A stretch of DNA of 64,000 nucleotides from Pedobacter sp. (GCA_050253415.1 JBFWJC010000001.1:256001-320000), one strand, 5' to 3'; numbered from the stretch's first letter, positions 36,993 through 48,114 are shown. Notes: generated by a model from the letters alone, not told the origin. Numbers and translations: made by a program.

Positions 36993-39900
36993 TCATTTTT
37001 GATCTCTGTCCAACCATTTTGCCCGCAATCGTTCGCTGGCTCGTTGGATCACCACGTAAAATACCGGCACGAACAGTAGTAGCAGGAAGGTTGCTGAAAG
37101 CATGCCTCCGAAAACCGCTGTACCCAGAGCCTGACGACTGGCGGCCCCCGCCCCGGTCGCGATGACTAAAGGTGCGACTCCGAGAATAAAGGTCAGTGCC
37201 GTCATCAGGATGGGCCTGAAACGCAGGCGCGCTGCCTCCATGGCCGCATCGACGATCTCTTCGCCTGCATCCCGCTTGGCCTTGGCAAATTCGACGATGA
37301 GGATAGAGGTCTTGGATGACAAGGCAATGAGCAGCACGATACCGATCTGGGTATAGACGTTGACTTCCATGCCGCGCAGCATGACCGCCGAGGCGGTGCC
37401 GAGCAGTGCCAGTGGCACCGACAAGATAATGGCCAACGGGCTTGACCAGCTTTCGTACTGGGCGCACAGCACCAGGTAGACAAACACCACGGCCAGGGCA
37501 AATATAAGCAGACCCTGATTGGCGGTGGTGCGTTCCTGGTAGGACATGCCGGTCCATTCATACCCCATGGTAGATGGTAGCTTGGCTGTGGCCAGATGCT
37601 CCATAAGCGCCAGTGCTTCGCCCGAGCTGTGTCCGGCGGCAGCGCGGCCGTTGATGGTAGCCGACGGGTACATGTTGTAGCGTTTGATTAATTGAGGGCC
37701 AACCGTTTCGTTGACCGAAACCAGGGTGCCCAGCGGGATCATACGCCCATCGGTGTCGCGAACTTCCAGTCGGCGGATATCTTCCGCATCGCTGCGGAAG
37801 GCACCGTCGGCCTGTACCTTGACCTGGTACGTACGACCGAATTTATTGAAATCGTTAACATAGACCGAGCCCAAAAAGGCTTGCAGGGTATTGAAAACGT
37901 TGGACAGTGGCACATTCAGGGTCTTGGCCTGGGTGCGGTCGACATCCGCAAACAACTGCGGTACGTTGGCGCGAAATGTTGTATAGACGCCTTGCAGTTT
38001 GGACTGGCTGTTGGCGTCCTGGATCATGTCCTGCGCAACGTTCTGTAAGGTGGTCAATCCGACGCCGCTGCGATCCTGCAACTCCATGAGAAACCCGCCG
38101 GCAAACCCCAGTCCGCGGATGGATGGCGGGACAAAAGCGAAAATACTGGCTTCCTGGATGGAGCCAAACTCCTGAAACATGCGCCCCACCAATGCATCCT
38201 GGCTGAGGTTAGGGGTTGTGCGTTGTTCCCAGGGGGTGAATACCGCCCAGATGGTGGCCATATTGGAACTGGCGGCACCATCGATAAGGGAAAATCCTAC
38301 GATGGATACCCAGCTGTCGATCCCATCCATCTTTCCTAATCTCTGATTGACCTGCTCCACCACCGCCAGCGTGCGTTCCATGGATGCGGCATCGGGCAAC
38401 TGGATGCTGACAAAACAATAGCCCTGATCTTCGCTCGGTACAAATCCGGTGGGTAGCTGTACAAAGCCCCAGAAGGCCGCCCCGGCCAGCACCGCGAACA
38501 GCACCAGAGTCAGGGTCGCACGTCGTACCAGGCCGCCCAGCAGCCGGGCGTAGATATTCTGGGTGCGCTCAAACGTCCAGTTAAACAGACGGAAAAAGCC
38601 GCGATGACTGACCTTGGTCGGTCGTAACAGGATGGCACACAAGGCCGGACTCAGGGTCAGGGCATTGATGGAGCTGAATACCGTGGCCACGGCGACGGTC
38701 AATGCGAACTGGCGGTAGAGCTGACCGGTGATGCCGCCGAGAAAAGCGGTTGGGATGAAGACCGCAAGCAAGACCAGGGTGGTGGCAATGATCGGTCCGG
38801 TCACCTCCTGCATGGCGCGAAGGGTCGCTTCTCGGGGAGAGAGGCCGAGATCGTCAATATTTCGCGCGGTATTTTCCACCACCACGATGGCATCGTCGAC
38901 CACCACGCCGATGGCCAGTACGATGCCGAACAGCGACAGCATGTTGATACTGACCCCCATGCCGGCCATGACGGCAAAGGTCCCGATCAGTGATACCGGA
39001 ATGGTCAATGCCGGTATCACCGTAGCCCGCCAGTCCTGCAGAAACACATAGATGGTCAGGAAGACCAGCAGTACCGCGATGAGCAGGGTCATGACCACCT
39101 CGTCGATGGCGGTATCGACAAACATCGTAGTGTTAAACGGAATGCGATATTCCAGCCCCTCAGGAAAGGCGTCGGCCAACTGCGCCATTTTGGCTTCAAC
39201 CCGCTCGGCAACCTCCAGCGCATTGGCGCCCGGCAACTGGTAAATACCGATGGCCACACTCGGTTTGCCGTTGAGCTGACAGTAATCGGCATAATTTTTC
39301 GCCCCGAGTTCGACGCGGGCAATGTCTCGGATGCGGATCAGACGCCCTTCGTCAGCGGCTTTGACGATGATATTTCCAAATTGTCCGGCATCCTTGAGAC
39401 GACCCAGGGTGTTGACGGTAAGCTGAAAACTCTGGCCGGTCGGAGCCGGACTTTGACCGATCTGTCCCGCCGCAACCTGCACATTTTGCTCTTCCAGAGC
39501 GTTGATGACATCGCTGGTGGTCAAGCGGCGCGCACGCAGTTTGTCCGGGTCGAGCCAGATGCGCATGCTGTAGTCGCGTGCGCCGAAGATCTGCACATCG
39601 CCGACCCCGTCGACCCGTGCCAGTTCGTCCTTGATGCGCAAGGTGGCGTAATTGCTCAAGTAGAGGGTGTTAAAACGACTGTCTGGAGAAAACAGAGTGG
39701 AAATGAGCAGGATGTTGGTCGACTGCTTTTTGGTCGCCACACCGTTGCGTTTGACCTCTTCAGGCAGCGACGGTTCGGCGATGGCTACCCGGTTCTGCAC
39801 CAATACCGCCGCCATATCGAGGTCGGTACCAACCTCGAACGTCACGGTCAGCGAATATTCGCCGTTGTTGGTGCAGGTGCTCGACATGTAGAGCATTCCC

Positions 39901-40121
39901 TCCACCCCGTTGATCTGCTCTTCAATCGGCTGAGCCACCGTTTCGGCCACCACGCTGGCATTGGCCCCCGGATAGGTTGTTGTTACACGCACCGTGGGCG
40001 GCGCAATTTCCGGGTATTGGGAAATGGGCAGGGTGCGCGCTGCCACCAGGCCGGCAATGACGATGACAATGGAGATAACCGCGGCAAAGATCGGCCGATG
40101 AATGAAAAAACGACTGAACAT
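36993..40121 (-). CDS. RND (HAE1) efflux permease
   Basis: FFIHRPIFA, YPGA, IGVVVDDAIVVVEN and RFRPILMT motifs; 1042 aa. Confidence 0.95.
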   Translation of the reverse strand: MFSRFFIHRPIFAAVISIVIVIAGLVAARTLPISQYPEIAPPTVRVTTTYPGANASVVAETVAQPIEEQINGVEGMLYMSSTCTNNGEYSLTVTFEVGTDLDMAAVLVQNRVAIAEPSLPEEVKRNGVATKKQSTNILLISTLFSPDSRFNTLYLSNYATLRIKDELARVDGVGDVQIFGARDYSMRIWLDPDKLRARRLTTSDVINALEEQNVQVAAGQIGQSPAPTGQSFQLTVNTLGRLKDAGQFGNIIVKAADEGRLIRIRDIARVELGAKNYADYCQLNGKPSVAIGIYQLPGANALEVAERVEAKMAQLADAFPEGLEYRIPFNTTMFVDTAIDEVVMTLLIAVLLVFLTIYVFLQDWRATVIPALTIPVSLIGTFAVMAGMGVSINMLSLFGIVLAIGVVVDDAIVVVENTARNIDDLGLSPREATLRAMQEVTGPIIATTLVLLAVFIPTAFLGGITGQLYRQFALTVAVATVFSSINALTLSPALCAILLRPTKVSHRGFFRLFNWTFERTQNIYARLLGGLVRRATLTLVLFAVLAGAAFWGFVQLPTGFVPSEDQGYCFVSIQLPDAASMERTLAVVEQVNQRLGKMDGIDSWVSIVGFSLIDGAASSNMATIWAVFTPWEQRTTPNLSQDALVGRMFQEFGSIQEASIFAFVPPSIRGLGFAGGFLMELQDRSGVGLTTLQNVAQDMIQDANSQSKLQGVYTTFRANVPQLFADVDRTQAKTLNVPLSNVFNTLQAFLGSVYVNDFNKFGRTYQVKVQADGAFRSDAEDIRRLEVRDTDGRMIPLGTLVSVNETVGPQLIKRYNMYPSATINGRAAAGHSSGEALALMEHLATAKLPSTMGYEWTGMSYQERTTANQGLLIFALAVVFVYLVLCAQYESWSSPLAIILSVPLALLGTASAVMLRGMEVNVYTQIGIVLLIALSSKTSILIVEFAKAKRDAGEEIVDAAMEAARLRFRPILMTALTFILGVAPLVIATGAGAASRQALGTAVFGGMLSATFLLLLFVPVFYVVIQRASERLRAKWLDRDQK

Positions 40122-41308
40122 CAGACTCCTCCCTCTTTCCCCTTTTTGCCGGCGGCGACCGGGGTGTTCTGCGGAGGTTCGGTGACGGCCTGGACGACGA
40201 TGCCGGGACGGGCCTTTTGCAGGCCCTTGATGATAACCCTGTCATTGGCCTCTAAACCGGTTTCCACCACCCGTCGGCCTTCGACCTTGGGTCCAAGAGT
40301 TACTGCGTGATATACAACTTCGTCCTTGTCATCCACACACAACAAGTAATGCCCTTGCAGATCGAGTCCCAGGGCCTCTTCCGGCACCATCAGTGCCTGT
40401 TTAACCTTGCGAATCGGGGCCTGCACGCGAGCAAACAGTCCGGGTAGCAGGCTGCCATCGGCGTTATCGAACACCCCGCGCACCTGAATGGTACCGGTGT
40501 CGGCATCGACCCGGTTATCGACGTAATCGATTTTTCCCGGATGGGGATACCCGGTTTCATTGGACAGTCCCAGGTAAATCGGTGTACGGCCGTTGCCGCT
40601 GGTCGGCGTCTGCTGTTTGGAATTATGGCTTTGAAAATCGAGCAGATCGCGTTCGTTGACGTTGAAATAGACGTACATCGGATCGGTGCTGACGATAGTC
40701 GCCAGCAGGGTTTTCTCCTCTGCTCCCACCAGGTTGCCGACATCGACCAGGCGCCGTCCGATGCGGCCACTCAAGGGGGCGTGGATCCGGGTGTAGGAAA
40801 GCTCCAGGCGCGCTGTCTCGATAGCAGCCTGCGCGGCTGCAACGGCCGCCACCGCCTGGTCGCGCTGGGCGCGTGCTTCAATAACGTCGACTTCGCTTAC
40901 CGCCTGTTCCTCGAAGGCACTCTCTTTACGCTTGAGGGTTGACTCGGTGAGACGCACCTCGGCCTGGCGCATGGCCAGGGTTGCTTCAGCTTCGTCCAGA
41001 CGGGCTTGGTAGGGTTTGGGATCGATGACGAATAGCAGGTCACCCTTTTTCACCAAGGCACTGTCCGTGAAATGGATGCTCTGAAGGTAGCCCTCCACCC
41101 GGGCCCGGATTTCCACCGATGCCACCGCTTCTGTGAGGCCGGAATATTGGGCAAAATGGGTAAAATCCTGGAGTTGCGGCAAAGCTACGGTAACGGCAGG
41201 TGGTGGCGGAGCGACATATTGATTCCGGTCTCGACAGCCAGAGGTTAACAACAGGGCTGCCAGCAGTAGCCCCAGGCCTATTTTAGGTGTTCTGAACAGG
41301 TTGCCCAT
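40121..41308 (-). CDS. RND membrane fusion (periplasmic adaptor) lipoprotein
   Basis: TSG-C lipobox, VEIRARVEG, YTRIHAPLSG, TGTIQVR and LLPGLF motifs. Confidence 0.93.
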   Translation of the reverse strand: MGNLFRTPKIGLGLLLAALLLTSGCRDRNQYVAPPPPAVTVALPQLQDFTHFAQYSGLTEAVASVEIRARVEGYLQSIHFTDSALVKKGDLLFVIDPKPYQARLDEAEATLAMRQAEVRLTESTLKRKESAFEEQAVSEVDVIEARAQRDQAVAAVAAAQAAIETARLELSYTRIHAPLSGRIGRRLVDVGNLVGAEEKTLLATIVSTDPMYVYFNVNERDLLDFQSHNSKQQTPTSGNGRTPIYLGLSNETGYPHPGKIDYVDNRVDADTGTIQVRGVFDNADGSLLPGLFARVQAPIRKVKQALMVPEEALGLDLQGHYLLCVDDKDEVVYHAVTLGPKVEGRRVVETGLEANDRVIIKGLQKARPGIVVQAVTEPPQNTPVAAGKKGKEGGV

Positions 41309-42831
41309 TATTTGTTCTCCTCAAAGGGTTCTTTTGTCGTGTTGCCGGTTGCCGTATCAGTTGCAGTGTTCCAGCCGCCGCCCAGAGCTTTGTAGACTTG
41401 CACCAGGTAGATGGAGGTGTTCCCACGCGCGGCCGCCTGTTGATTCTCGTTATCGAACAGGGCTCGCTGGGCATCGAGAACATTCTGGAAATCAACCAGC
41501 CCGTCACGGTAGAGGCGAGTTGCCAGTTTCAGGGAGCGTTGCCCCGACTGCACCGAACGATCAAGGGCCTCGAGTCGGGTGCGTTGGTTGAGATATTGAC
41601 TCAGAGCGTTTTCCACCTCGTTCAAGGCATTTAACACCGTCTGCTCGTAGGTCAGCAGCGCCTGCTCCGCTCTGGCATCTTCGACGGCGATTTGGGCACG
41701 CACCCTGCCGCCGTCGAACAGCAGCCAACGAAGGGTCGGTCCGAATCCGAACGCCTTGCTGCTTCCCTGCAGCAGGTCTCCGACATCGAGGGCTTCAAAG
41801 GCGAAGGTGCCGCTTAGCGAAAGTCGCGGATAAAGATCGGCCTTCGCCACGCCTATGCGGGCGGTTTGGGCTGCCAGTTGCCGCTCTGCGCGCCGGATAT
41901 CAGGCCGCTGGCGCAACAGGTCGGCCGGCACTCCGACAGCCAGCTGAGAGGGGGGTACGGGGATCGGAGCCGGGTTTTCCAGCTCTTCGGATAGACTGCC
42001 GGGGGCCTGGCCCAACAATACCGCCAGCGTGTTGAAAGCTTGGTTCAAGCCGACTTTAAGGGGTGGGACTGCAGCTTGGGAGGAGGCAAGCACCTGCTCG
42101 GCCTGGGCTACGTCGAGGCCGGTCGCCAATCCATTGCGGAAGCGGGAGCGGGTCAGCCTCAAGACCTGCTTTTGCGAGTTTATATTGCCTTCGGCCGCTG
42201 CCAGTCGTGCCTGGTAGGTTCGAATATCGAAATACGTGCGGGCCACCTCGGCATACATGCTGATCAGCACATCACCACGATCCTCTTCACTAGCTTGGTA
42301 GTCGGCCTTGGCCGCCTCTACCGAACGGCTGATGCGTCCGAACAGGTCGAGTTCCCAACTGGCGTCGAGGCCCGCGCTATACAGGGTGTCGGTATTACCA
42401 CCATTGGAGTACCGTCCGTTCTTACTGCTGCGCTGGCGGATGGCGCTGCCCTCGGCATTTGCCTCCGGCCACCAGGATCCCCGCGCGACACCGAGGTAAG
42501 CGCGTGCTTCGCGAACCCGGGCTATCGATTGCCGGACGTCCAGGTTGGCGGTTTCGGCCTGAGTAATGAGCCGATCAAGCAGAGGATCACCAAACGACGA
42601 CCACCAACGGTGGATTACCGCCTTGGCCGGTATCAGTGCGGGATCCTGCGCCAGTTGCCACGAGTCAGAAGCTTTGATATCCGGCGGACTATAGTCCGGA
42701 CCGACCGTCATACATCCTGCTAGCAGCAATAATCCAACAAATCCCCCTAACAGGGCTGGTAATCGAAGCCTGCCTGCCTGGCCGCTTCCGTTTTGTGCTT
42801 CGACTTTTTTAATCATCATAATGGGCCTCAT
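41308..42831 (-). CDS. Outer-membrane efflux lipoprotein (NodT/OprM family)
   Basis: LLAG-C-MTVGPDY, WELDLFG, LLRQRPDIRRAE and YKALGGGW motifs. Start uncertain. Confidence 0.92.
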   Translation of the reverse strand: MRPIMMIKKVEAQNGSGQAGRLRLPALLGGFVGLLLLAGCMTVGPDYSPPDIKASDSWQLAQDPALIPAKAVIHRWWSSFGDPLLDRLITQAETANLDVRQSIARVREARAYLGVARGSWWPEANAEGSAIRQRSSKNGRYSNGGNTDTLYSAGLDASWELDLFGRISRSVEAAKADYQASEEDRGDVLISMYAEVARTYFDIRTYQARLAAAEGNINSQKQVLRLTRSRFRNGLATGLDVAQAEQVLASSQAAVPPLKVGLNQAFNTLAVLLGQAPGSLSEELENPAPIPVPPSQLAVGVPADLLRQRPDIRRAERQLAAQTARIGVAKADLYPRLSLSGTFAFEALDVGDLLQGSSKAFGFGPTLRWLLFDGGRVRAQIAVEDARAEQALLTYEQTVLNALNEVENALSQYLNQRTRLEALDRSVQSGQRSLKLATRLYRDGLVDFQNVLDAQRALFDNENQQAAARGNTSIYLVQVYKALGGGWNTATDTATGNTTKEPFEENK

Positions 42832-42936
42832 GGTTCGCTGAACAGGAAAAGAAGAACAAACATACACGAATGTATTTAACGCGGCAAATAAAAAATAGCT
42901 CGTCAACGTCTACCTTTGTTCGGTAAATGGCCCCAT

Positions 42937-42965
42937 AAAAAAAGGGCCCGACAGTTGTCGGGCCC
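42937..42965 (-). terminator. Intrinsic terminator after cydB
   Basis: GGGCCCGACA/TGTCGGGCCC stem followed by T7 on the minus strand. Confidence 0.8.
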
Positions 42966-43003
42966 CTTGGGTGAAATAGCCTGCCCTGCAGGCCGTATGA
43001 AAG

Positions 43004-44032
43004 TCAGTAATTGCCGCCGATCCCTTCCTCGGCGGCATCACTCACCGGGCCACGGAAGATGCGGTAGATCCAGACTTTGTAGGCGATAATGATCGGGATA
43101 AATATGGCGACCACTACAGTCATGATGCCCAGGGTGTAAGGACTGGACGAGGAGTTGAACAGACTCAGGCTGTAGGCCGGATCGAGGCTGGACGGGATGA
43201 GGTTCGGGAACAGGCCGATGATGCCGGTCGCCACCACCAGCACGATAGCGGCGCAGGATGCGGCGAAAGCTTGCAGCCATTTATCTTGCGCCACCAGCAG
43301 GCGCACCGCGACCAGTTCCAGGGCCGCCATCAGCGGCACCACCCACAATGTCGGCGTGGCCTGAAAGTTACCGTAAAGGGCGGTTGCCGGAGCGGTAAAC
43401 ACCAGAAAGGCCACCGCTATTGCGAGCATGAAGGGCCAAAGTGTGCGGGCTGTGCTCCGCGCTTTTTCCCGTAAATCACCACTGGTTTTGATGGCCAGGT
43501 ACAACGCACCGTGCTGCAGAAACAAGGCTATGAACAGCACGCCGGTCAAGAGACCGTAAGGGTTAAGCAAGGCAAGCAGGGAACCGTGATAACCGGTCGC
43601 ATCCATGGGTAAGCCCTGAAAGATATTGCCGAATGCCACTCCGAACAACAGGGTAATGACCAGGCTGGAGAGCACGATGGCCCAATCCCAGCAGCGTTTC
43701 CAGGAGGATGTTTCGTTCAGACCGCGGAATTCAAAGGACACCCCGCGTATGATGAGCCCGAACAACAAGAGCAGCAGCGGGGCATACAGGTAACTGAACA
43801 TCAGCGCATAAGTAGTTGGAAAAGCAGCAAAGGTGGCGCCGCCCGCGGTAATCAGCCACACTTCGTTACCGTCCCACACCGGACCGTAGGTGCGGATCAT
43901 CTGCTGGCGCTGCAGATCGTCACGGGCGATGAATTTGTGCAGCATGCCGGCGCCGAGGGTAAAGCCATCGAGCATGAAATACAGGGCCCATAAAAGCCCC
44001 CACAGGGCAAACCAGAGCACTTGAAGGGTCAT
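43004..44032 (-). CDS. cydB: Cytochrome bd ubiquinol oxidase subunit II
   Basis: LDGFTLGAG, PVWDGNEVWL and RGVSFEFR motifs. Confidence 0.93.
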   Translation of the reverse strand: MTLQVLWFALWGLLWALYFMLDGFTLGAGMLHKFIARDDLQRQQMIRTYGPVWDGNEVWLITAGGATFAAFPTTYALMFSYLYAPLLLLLFGLIIRGVSFEFRGLNETSSWKRCWDWAIVLSSLVITLLFGVAFGNIFQGLPMDATGYHGSLLALLNPYGLLTGVLFIALFLQHGALYLAIKTSGDLREKARSTARTLWPFMLAIAVAFLVFTAPATALYGNFQATPTLWVVPLMAALELVAVRLLVAQDKWLQAFAASCAAIVLVVATGIIGLFPNLIPSSLDPAYSLSLFNSSSSPYTLGIMTVVVAIFIPIIIAYKVWIYRIFRGPVSDAAEEGIGGNY

Positions 44033-44034
44033 CG

Positions 44035-45369
44035 TTAGGCCTCCTGTTTGATGGTAACGGCGTCTGCAGGACCTTTGGCCGCGATTTTGGTCAATAGATA
44101 AAAATCAAGCACGCCCAGGCCACCGTACAGCAGGGTAAATCCGAGCAGCGAGCCGATCACATGTGCCGGTGTAAGGTTCGAGGAGACTCCGGCACTGGTT
44201 TTCATCAGGCCGTAAACAATCCAGGGCTGCCGACCGACCTCCGCCGCAATCCAGCCGAGCTGATTGGCCAGATACGGCAGCGGGATGGCGTAGAACATCA
44301 GGCGCAAAAACCAGCGATGTCCAACCAGTGTACCCCGCCGTGACAACAGCAGCGCGGCGATGCTTGACAGCACAAAAAATACCCCCAGGCCGACCATGGC
44401 GCGGAAGCTCAGGAAGACGGGTAAAACCGGCGGGCGTTCCTCGACGGGGAATTCCTTGAGTCCTTTGACTTCGGAATTAAGATTCTTATGCGCCAGATAG
44501 CTCAGCATCTTGGGGACGGGCAAGGCCTGCACCAGATTCCGTTCGTTGGCCTCATCGGGCCAGACGATCAGATTCAGAGGCGCGCCACTGCTGGTTTCCC
44601 AGGTCGATTCCAGGGCGGCAAACTTGGTCGGCTGGAAATGCGCCACCACGCTGGCCTGCATGTCGCCGCTGAACATGACCAGACAGGCGGCGACCAGGGC
44701 AAAGGGCGCGGCCATGCGGAAAGAGCGCCGGAAGAATTCGGGGTGGGAGTTGCGCAGCAGGTGCCAGGCCGATACTCCCATGACAAAAAATGCGGACAAC
44801 AGGTGCGCGGAGATAACCGTGTGGAAAAATTTGATCAGGCCGTAAGGATTGGTCAGCAGTGCGCCGAAATCGACCATCTCGGCGCGGTTGTTGCGCAGGA
44901 CGTAACCGACCGGATTCTGCATCCAGCCATTGGCCAACAGGATCCACAAAGCCGACATGTTGGAGCCCAACACCACCATCCAGATGGCAAAACAGTGCAC
45001 TTTTTTGGATACCTTGTCCCACCCGAAGATCCACAAACCGATGAAGACCGACTCCAGGAAAAACGCCGCGGTTGCTTCGATGGCCAGCGGGGCTCCGAAG
45101 ATGTCGCCGACATAGCGGGAGTATTCCGCCCAGTTCATGCCGAACTGAAATTCAAGGGTGATGCCGGTGACGATACCCAGGGCAAAGTTGACCAGAAACA
45201 GCTTGCCCCAGAAGCGGGTCATGCGCAGGTACATTTCATCGCCGGTGCGCACATATCGGGTCTCCATCCATGCGACCAGGATGGAAAGCCCCAACGTCAA
45301 AGGTACAAACATGAAGTGAAACAAGGTGGTGATGGCAAATTGAAGCCGACTTAAGGTAACCACATCCAT
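44035..45369 (-). CDS. cydA: Cytochrome bd ubiquinol oxidase subunit I
   Basis: SRLQFA..TLFH, EFQFGMNW, QPTKFAALE and EVGRQPW motifs. Confidence 0.95.
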   Translation of the reverse strand: MDVVTLSRLQFAITTLFHFMFVPLTLGLSILVAWMETRYVRTGDEMYLRMTRFWGKLFLVNFALGIVTGITLEFQFGMNWAEYSRYVGDIFGAPLAIEATAAFFLESVFIGLWIFGWDKVSKKVHCFAIWMVVLGSNMSALWILLANGWMQNPVGYVLRNNRAEMVDFGALLTNPYGLIKFFHTVISAHLLSAFFVMGVSAWHLLRNSHPEFFRRSFRMAAPFALVAACLVMFSGDMQASVVAHFQPTKFAALESTWETSSGAPLNLIVWPDEANERNLVQALPVPKMLSYLAHKNLNSEVKGLKEFPVEERPPVLPVFLSFRAMVGLGVFFVLSSIAALLLSRRGTLVGHRWFLRLMFYAIPLPYLANQLGWIAAEVGRQPWIVYGLMKTSAGVSSNLTPAHVIGSLLGFTLLYGGLGVLDFYLLTKIAAKGPADAVTIKQEA

Positions 45370-45672
45370 CGATCAACCCCTCCTTTCTGAGAGCCCTCTT
45401 TGCTGCTGGAGGGCGGTGCGCCGGGGAGGTTGTCGACAACCCCCTGAAAGCGAAAATGACGGCAATGTTGGACCGTGATTGCATGCGTATCGAAATCGGA
45501 TTGTTCAACGCCAAACATCATGGCATTATATCTGGAAAGCGAGCCCGATTGGTTGACCCACAATACATATAACAAACGTAACTGACTTTTTCAGTAATAA
45601 TTTACTGGAGACACGGTATTCGACTGCCGTTTGCTGACTGGCTCGCGGTCGAGCAATGAGAGAGTAAAGGTA

Positions 45673-46731
45673 TCAGTCGGTTTTTTCTTCCCCGACATTG
45701 GTTGGCCCCGGAATCGTTGCCGGTCCCAGCAGAACCGATACCCAGCGGGTGTCTTCGCGGCTGTCGAGGGCGATCTTGGCCGTCATGGTCAGGGGCACCG
45801 ACAGCAACATGCCGACCGGCCCCAGCAACCATCCCCAGAATAGCAGAGACAGGAAAACCACCAACGGTGAAAGCCCCAGTCCCCGCCCCATAAAGCGTGG
45901 TTCGATGGCACTGCCCATGATTAGATTGATGATCAGGAACCCGATCCCCACCAGCAGTGCCCGCCATAATCCAAGCTGGACGGCCGCCAGCAGCACTGCA
46001 GGTCCTGCGGCAATGATCGATCCGATGTTGGGGACGTAATTCAGCAAAAAGGCCAGCACTCCCCATAGCAAAGGATAGTCGACGCCAAGGATAATCAGCC
46101 ACAGGGTAACCAGCACACCGGTGATAAGGCTGATGATGGTTTTAATCGCCATGTAGTGCTGGACATTGTGTACGAAGTGATCGAAGCCGGACAGACTGTC
46201 CGAGTCGCCTAAAATGGCGCGCAATTTACCCGGCATGCCCGAGGCCTCAAGAAGCATGAAAATGACTGTCATAAGGACCAAAAAACCGTTGGCCAGTACG
46301 TTGGTGAGGGCATTGAACAGCGCTGCCACCAGTTTCATGGCGGCACCCGGATCGAAAATGTCGGTCAGGGCCTGCCCGGAAATGCTGACGTGTTTCTGGG
46401 CCAGCCATGCGATGAGTGTGTCGGCCTGTTGTCGGAATCTGGCTTCGTAAAGAGGCAGGTTTTCGGAGAAGTCACTGACGGAAGTGCCGACCAGACCGGC
46501 AAGAAGTAATCCGGCTACAAATACCGTGAGGATAACCAGCAATAACGCCAACCAGGTGGGCAGTCCCCGGCGTTGTAGCCAAAACATGGGGGAAGCGCAT
46601 AAAATGGCAATAAACCCCGCCAGGAGAAAAGGTACCAGGATAACCTTTCCTGCACTGAGTCCTGCGGCGACGATGACCAGTGAGGCCAGAACGATCAGCA
46701 CCTGGGCGACGCTCATGTTGCGGTTGGACAT
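45673..46731 (-). CDS. AI-2E family transporter
   Basis: FLLNYVPNIG, EPRFMGRGLGLSP and WLLGPVGMLLSVP motifs. Confidence 0.88.
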   Translation of the reverse strand: MSNRNMSVAQVLIVLASLVIVAAGLSAGKVILVPFLLAGFIAILCASPMFWLQRRGLPTWLALLLVILTVFVAGLLLAGLVGTSVSDFSENLPLYEARFRQQADTLIAWLAQKHVSISGQALTDIFDPGAAMKLVAALFNALTNVLANGFLVLMTVIFMLLEASGMPGKLRAILGDSDSLSGFDHFVHNVQHYMAIKTIISLITGVLVTLWLIILGVDYPLLWGVLAFLLNYVPNIGSIIAAGPAVLLAAVQLGLWRALLVGIGFLIINLIMGSAIEPRFMGRGLGLSPLVVFLSLLFWGWLLGPVGMLLSVPLTMTAKIALDSREDTRWVSVLLGPATIPGPTNVGEEKTD

Positions 46732-47021
46732 GGTTACCCCCAATAATGGAAAGAATCTGTGGACAACTTGTGGAAAAAGTGTTGAATATGCACAGAGGGA
46801 TCTAAAAGCCGATTATATGATTGGAAAATTTATAGAATAATAGTCTTTTCGAGAAAAAATCGCAACGGCGCAAGGTCCAGTGGGGGATGTGGTTTATCGT
46901 GATCTGACAACCTGGATAATGGAGGTCGCATCATCACCGGATGCGAAACTCGAACATCCCGCGACAGAAAAGATGAACTCTGCCGCCGGGATGAGCTATC
47001 CGGGAAGTGGAGGTGGCAGAC

Positions 47022-47624
47022 TCAGCGCGTGGTACGCTTGCTGCGAGTACGTTTCAAGCGAATCAGCGCCGCTTCTACACGGGTAAAATCGGGATGCTTG
47101 CGATCCATGCCAGCGAGGTCAAGTTTGTACTTTTTAGCCATTTCCACGACGACAGGCAAAGGTTCGGGGTCGGCTTTGGCCCAAATCGGACGTAATTCAC
47201 GCAAAAAGATATTGACGGTAACCGGATCTATTCCGCGCAGGGAGGTCAACCGGAATTCAAGGTCTTTCGCATCCTTTGCAGATTCATGCAGTTGGCTCAG
47301 GCTTCCCTCGTAATACTCCTGCAATGTATTGCAAATTTCCAGGACATTGCTTGCTGCCACACCATCGTGACGGAGATAGCCACCTTCCCTCATAATGGGA
47401 TGAACCAGATGGCTCCAGCCAGCCTGCGAAATGCTCATTGGGTCAAGAAGTTGATATTTTTGAAATGTACGATAGGTCTTGCGGGCAACATCCTGTGACA
47501 CCGGTCCGCCAAATAACACGGTTGCCAGCAGCCATTTGAAGAGTTCGCCATCGGAGCAACGCGGCAGATCGATGCCAAGCTCTTCGGAAAATAAGGGAAA
47601 TGACAGCAAATCCTGAATATTCAT
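47022..47624 (-). CDS. HhH-GPD-like hypothetical protein (DNA glycosylase-like fold)
   Basis: EELGIDL, LFKWLLATVLFG and the HhH-like segment LTSLRGIDPVTVNIFLREL. Confidence 0.55.
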   Translation of the reverse strand: MNIQDLLSFPLFSEELGIDLPRCSDGELFKWLLATVLFGGPVSQDVARKTYRTFQKYQLLDPMSISQAGWSHLVHPIMREGGYLRHDGVAASNVLEICNTLQEYYEGSLSQLHESAKDAKDLEFRLTSLRGIDPVTVNIFLRELRPIWAKADPEPLPVVVEMAKKYKLDLAGMDRKHPDFTRVEAALIRLKRTRSKRTTR

Positions 47625-48114
47625 GACAGCTTCCTTCCAGCGATATAATTATTGCATTCTAAATATGCATGGAATATGCCGTTTTCGGAAACGATTTTGG
47701 GTGGCCTCTTGCGGGGCAGGGATGCTGTTGCGATTCACCAGGATCAAAGACTGTATCCAGGTCAGCATCATGGTGGTGACGGGTTGTCAGGCGGATCTTG
47801 AATAGCATGAATAACCAGGCGGGATCGCGAAACGGAGGCCATAAGCGGCTTGGCTTAGGATGGTGAGGGACGGCTAGCAGCCTCGATAGGTATGGAGGGG
47901 GGGTGATGGTAAAGCTTGCGCATCATCAATGCGATACAGATGTGCCCGCAACGATGAAGGCCATTTTTGCCGAAGAAGCGGTTATTTAACCGACTTGTCT
48001 TTTTATGGGGATTAAATGGTGGTAAAGCAGACATCCCGGAGTTCTCTGCCGGCAACCCTGGATTCTCAGTCGGGTTGCACCATAAAACCGGTCTGTGGCA
48101 ACGTGACGGAATGT

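Noticed and set aside
36928..37557. Long N-terminal extension on the TetR ORF
   Set aside because: It overlaps the RND permease in another frame; the real start with an RBS is at 36927.
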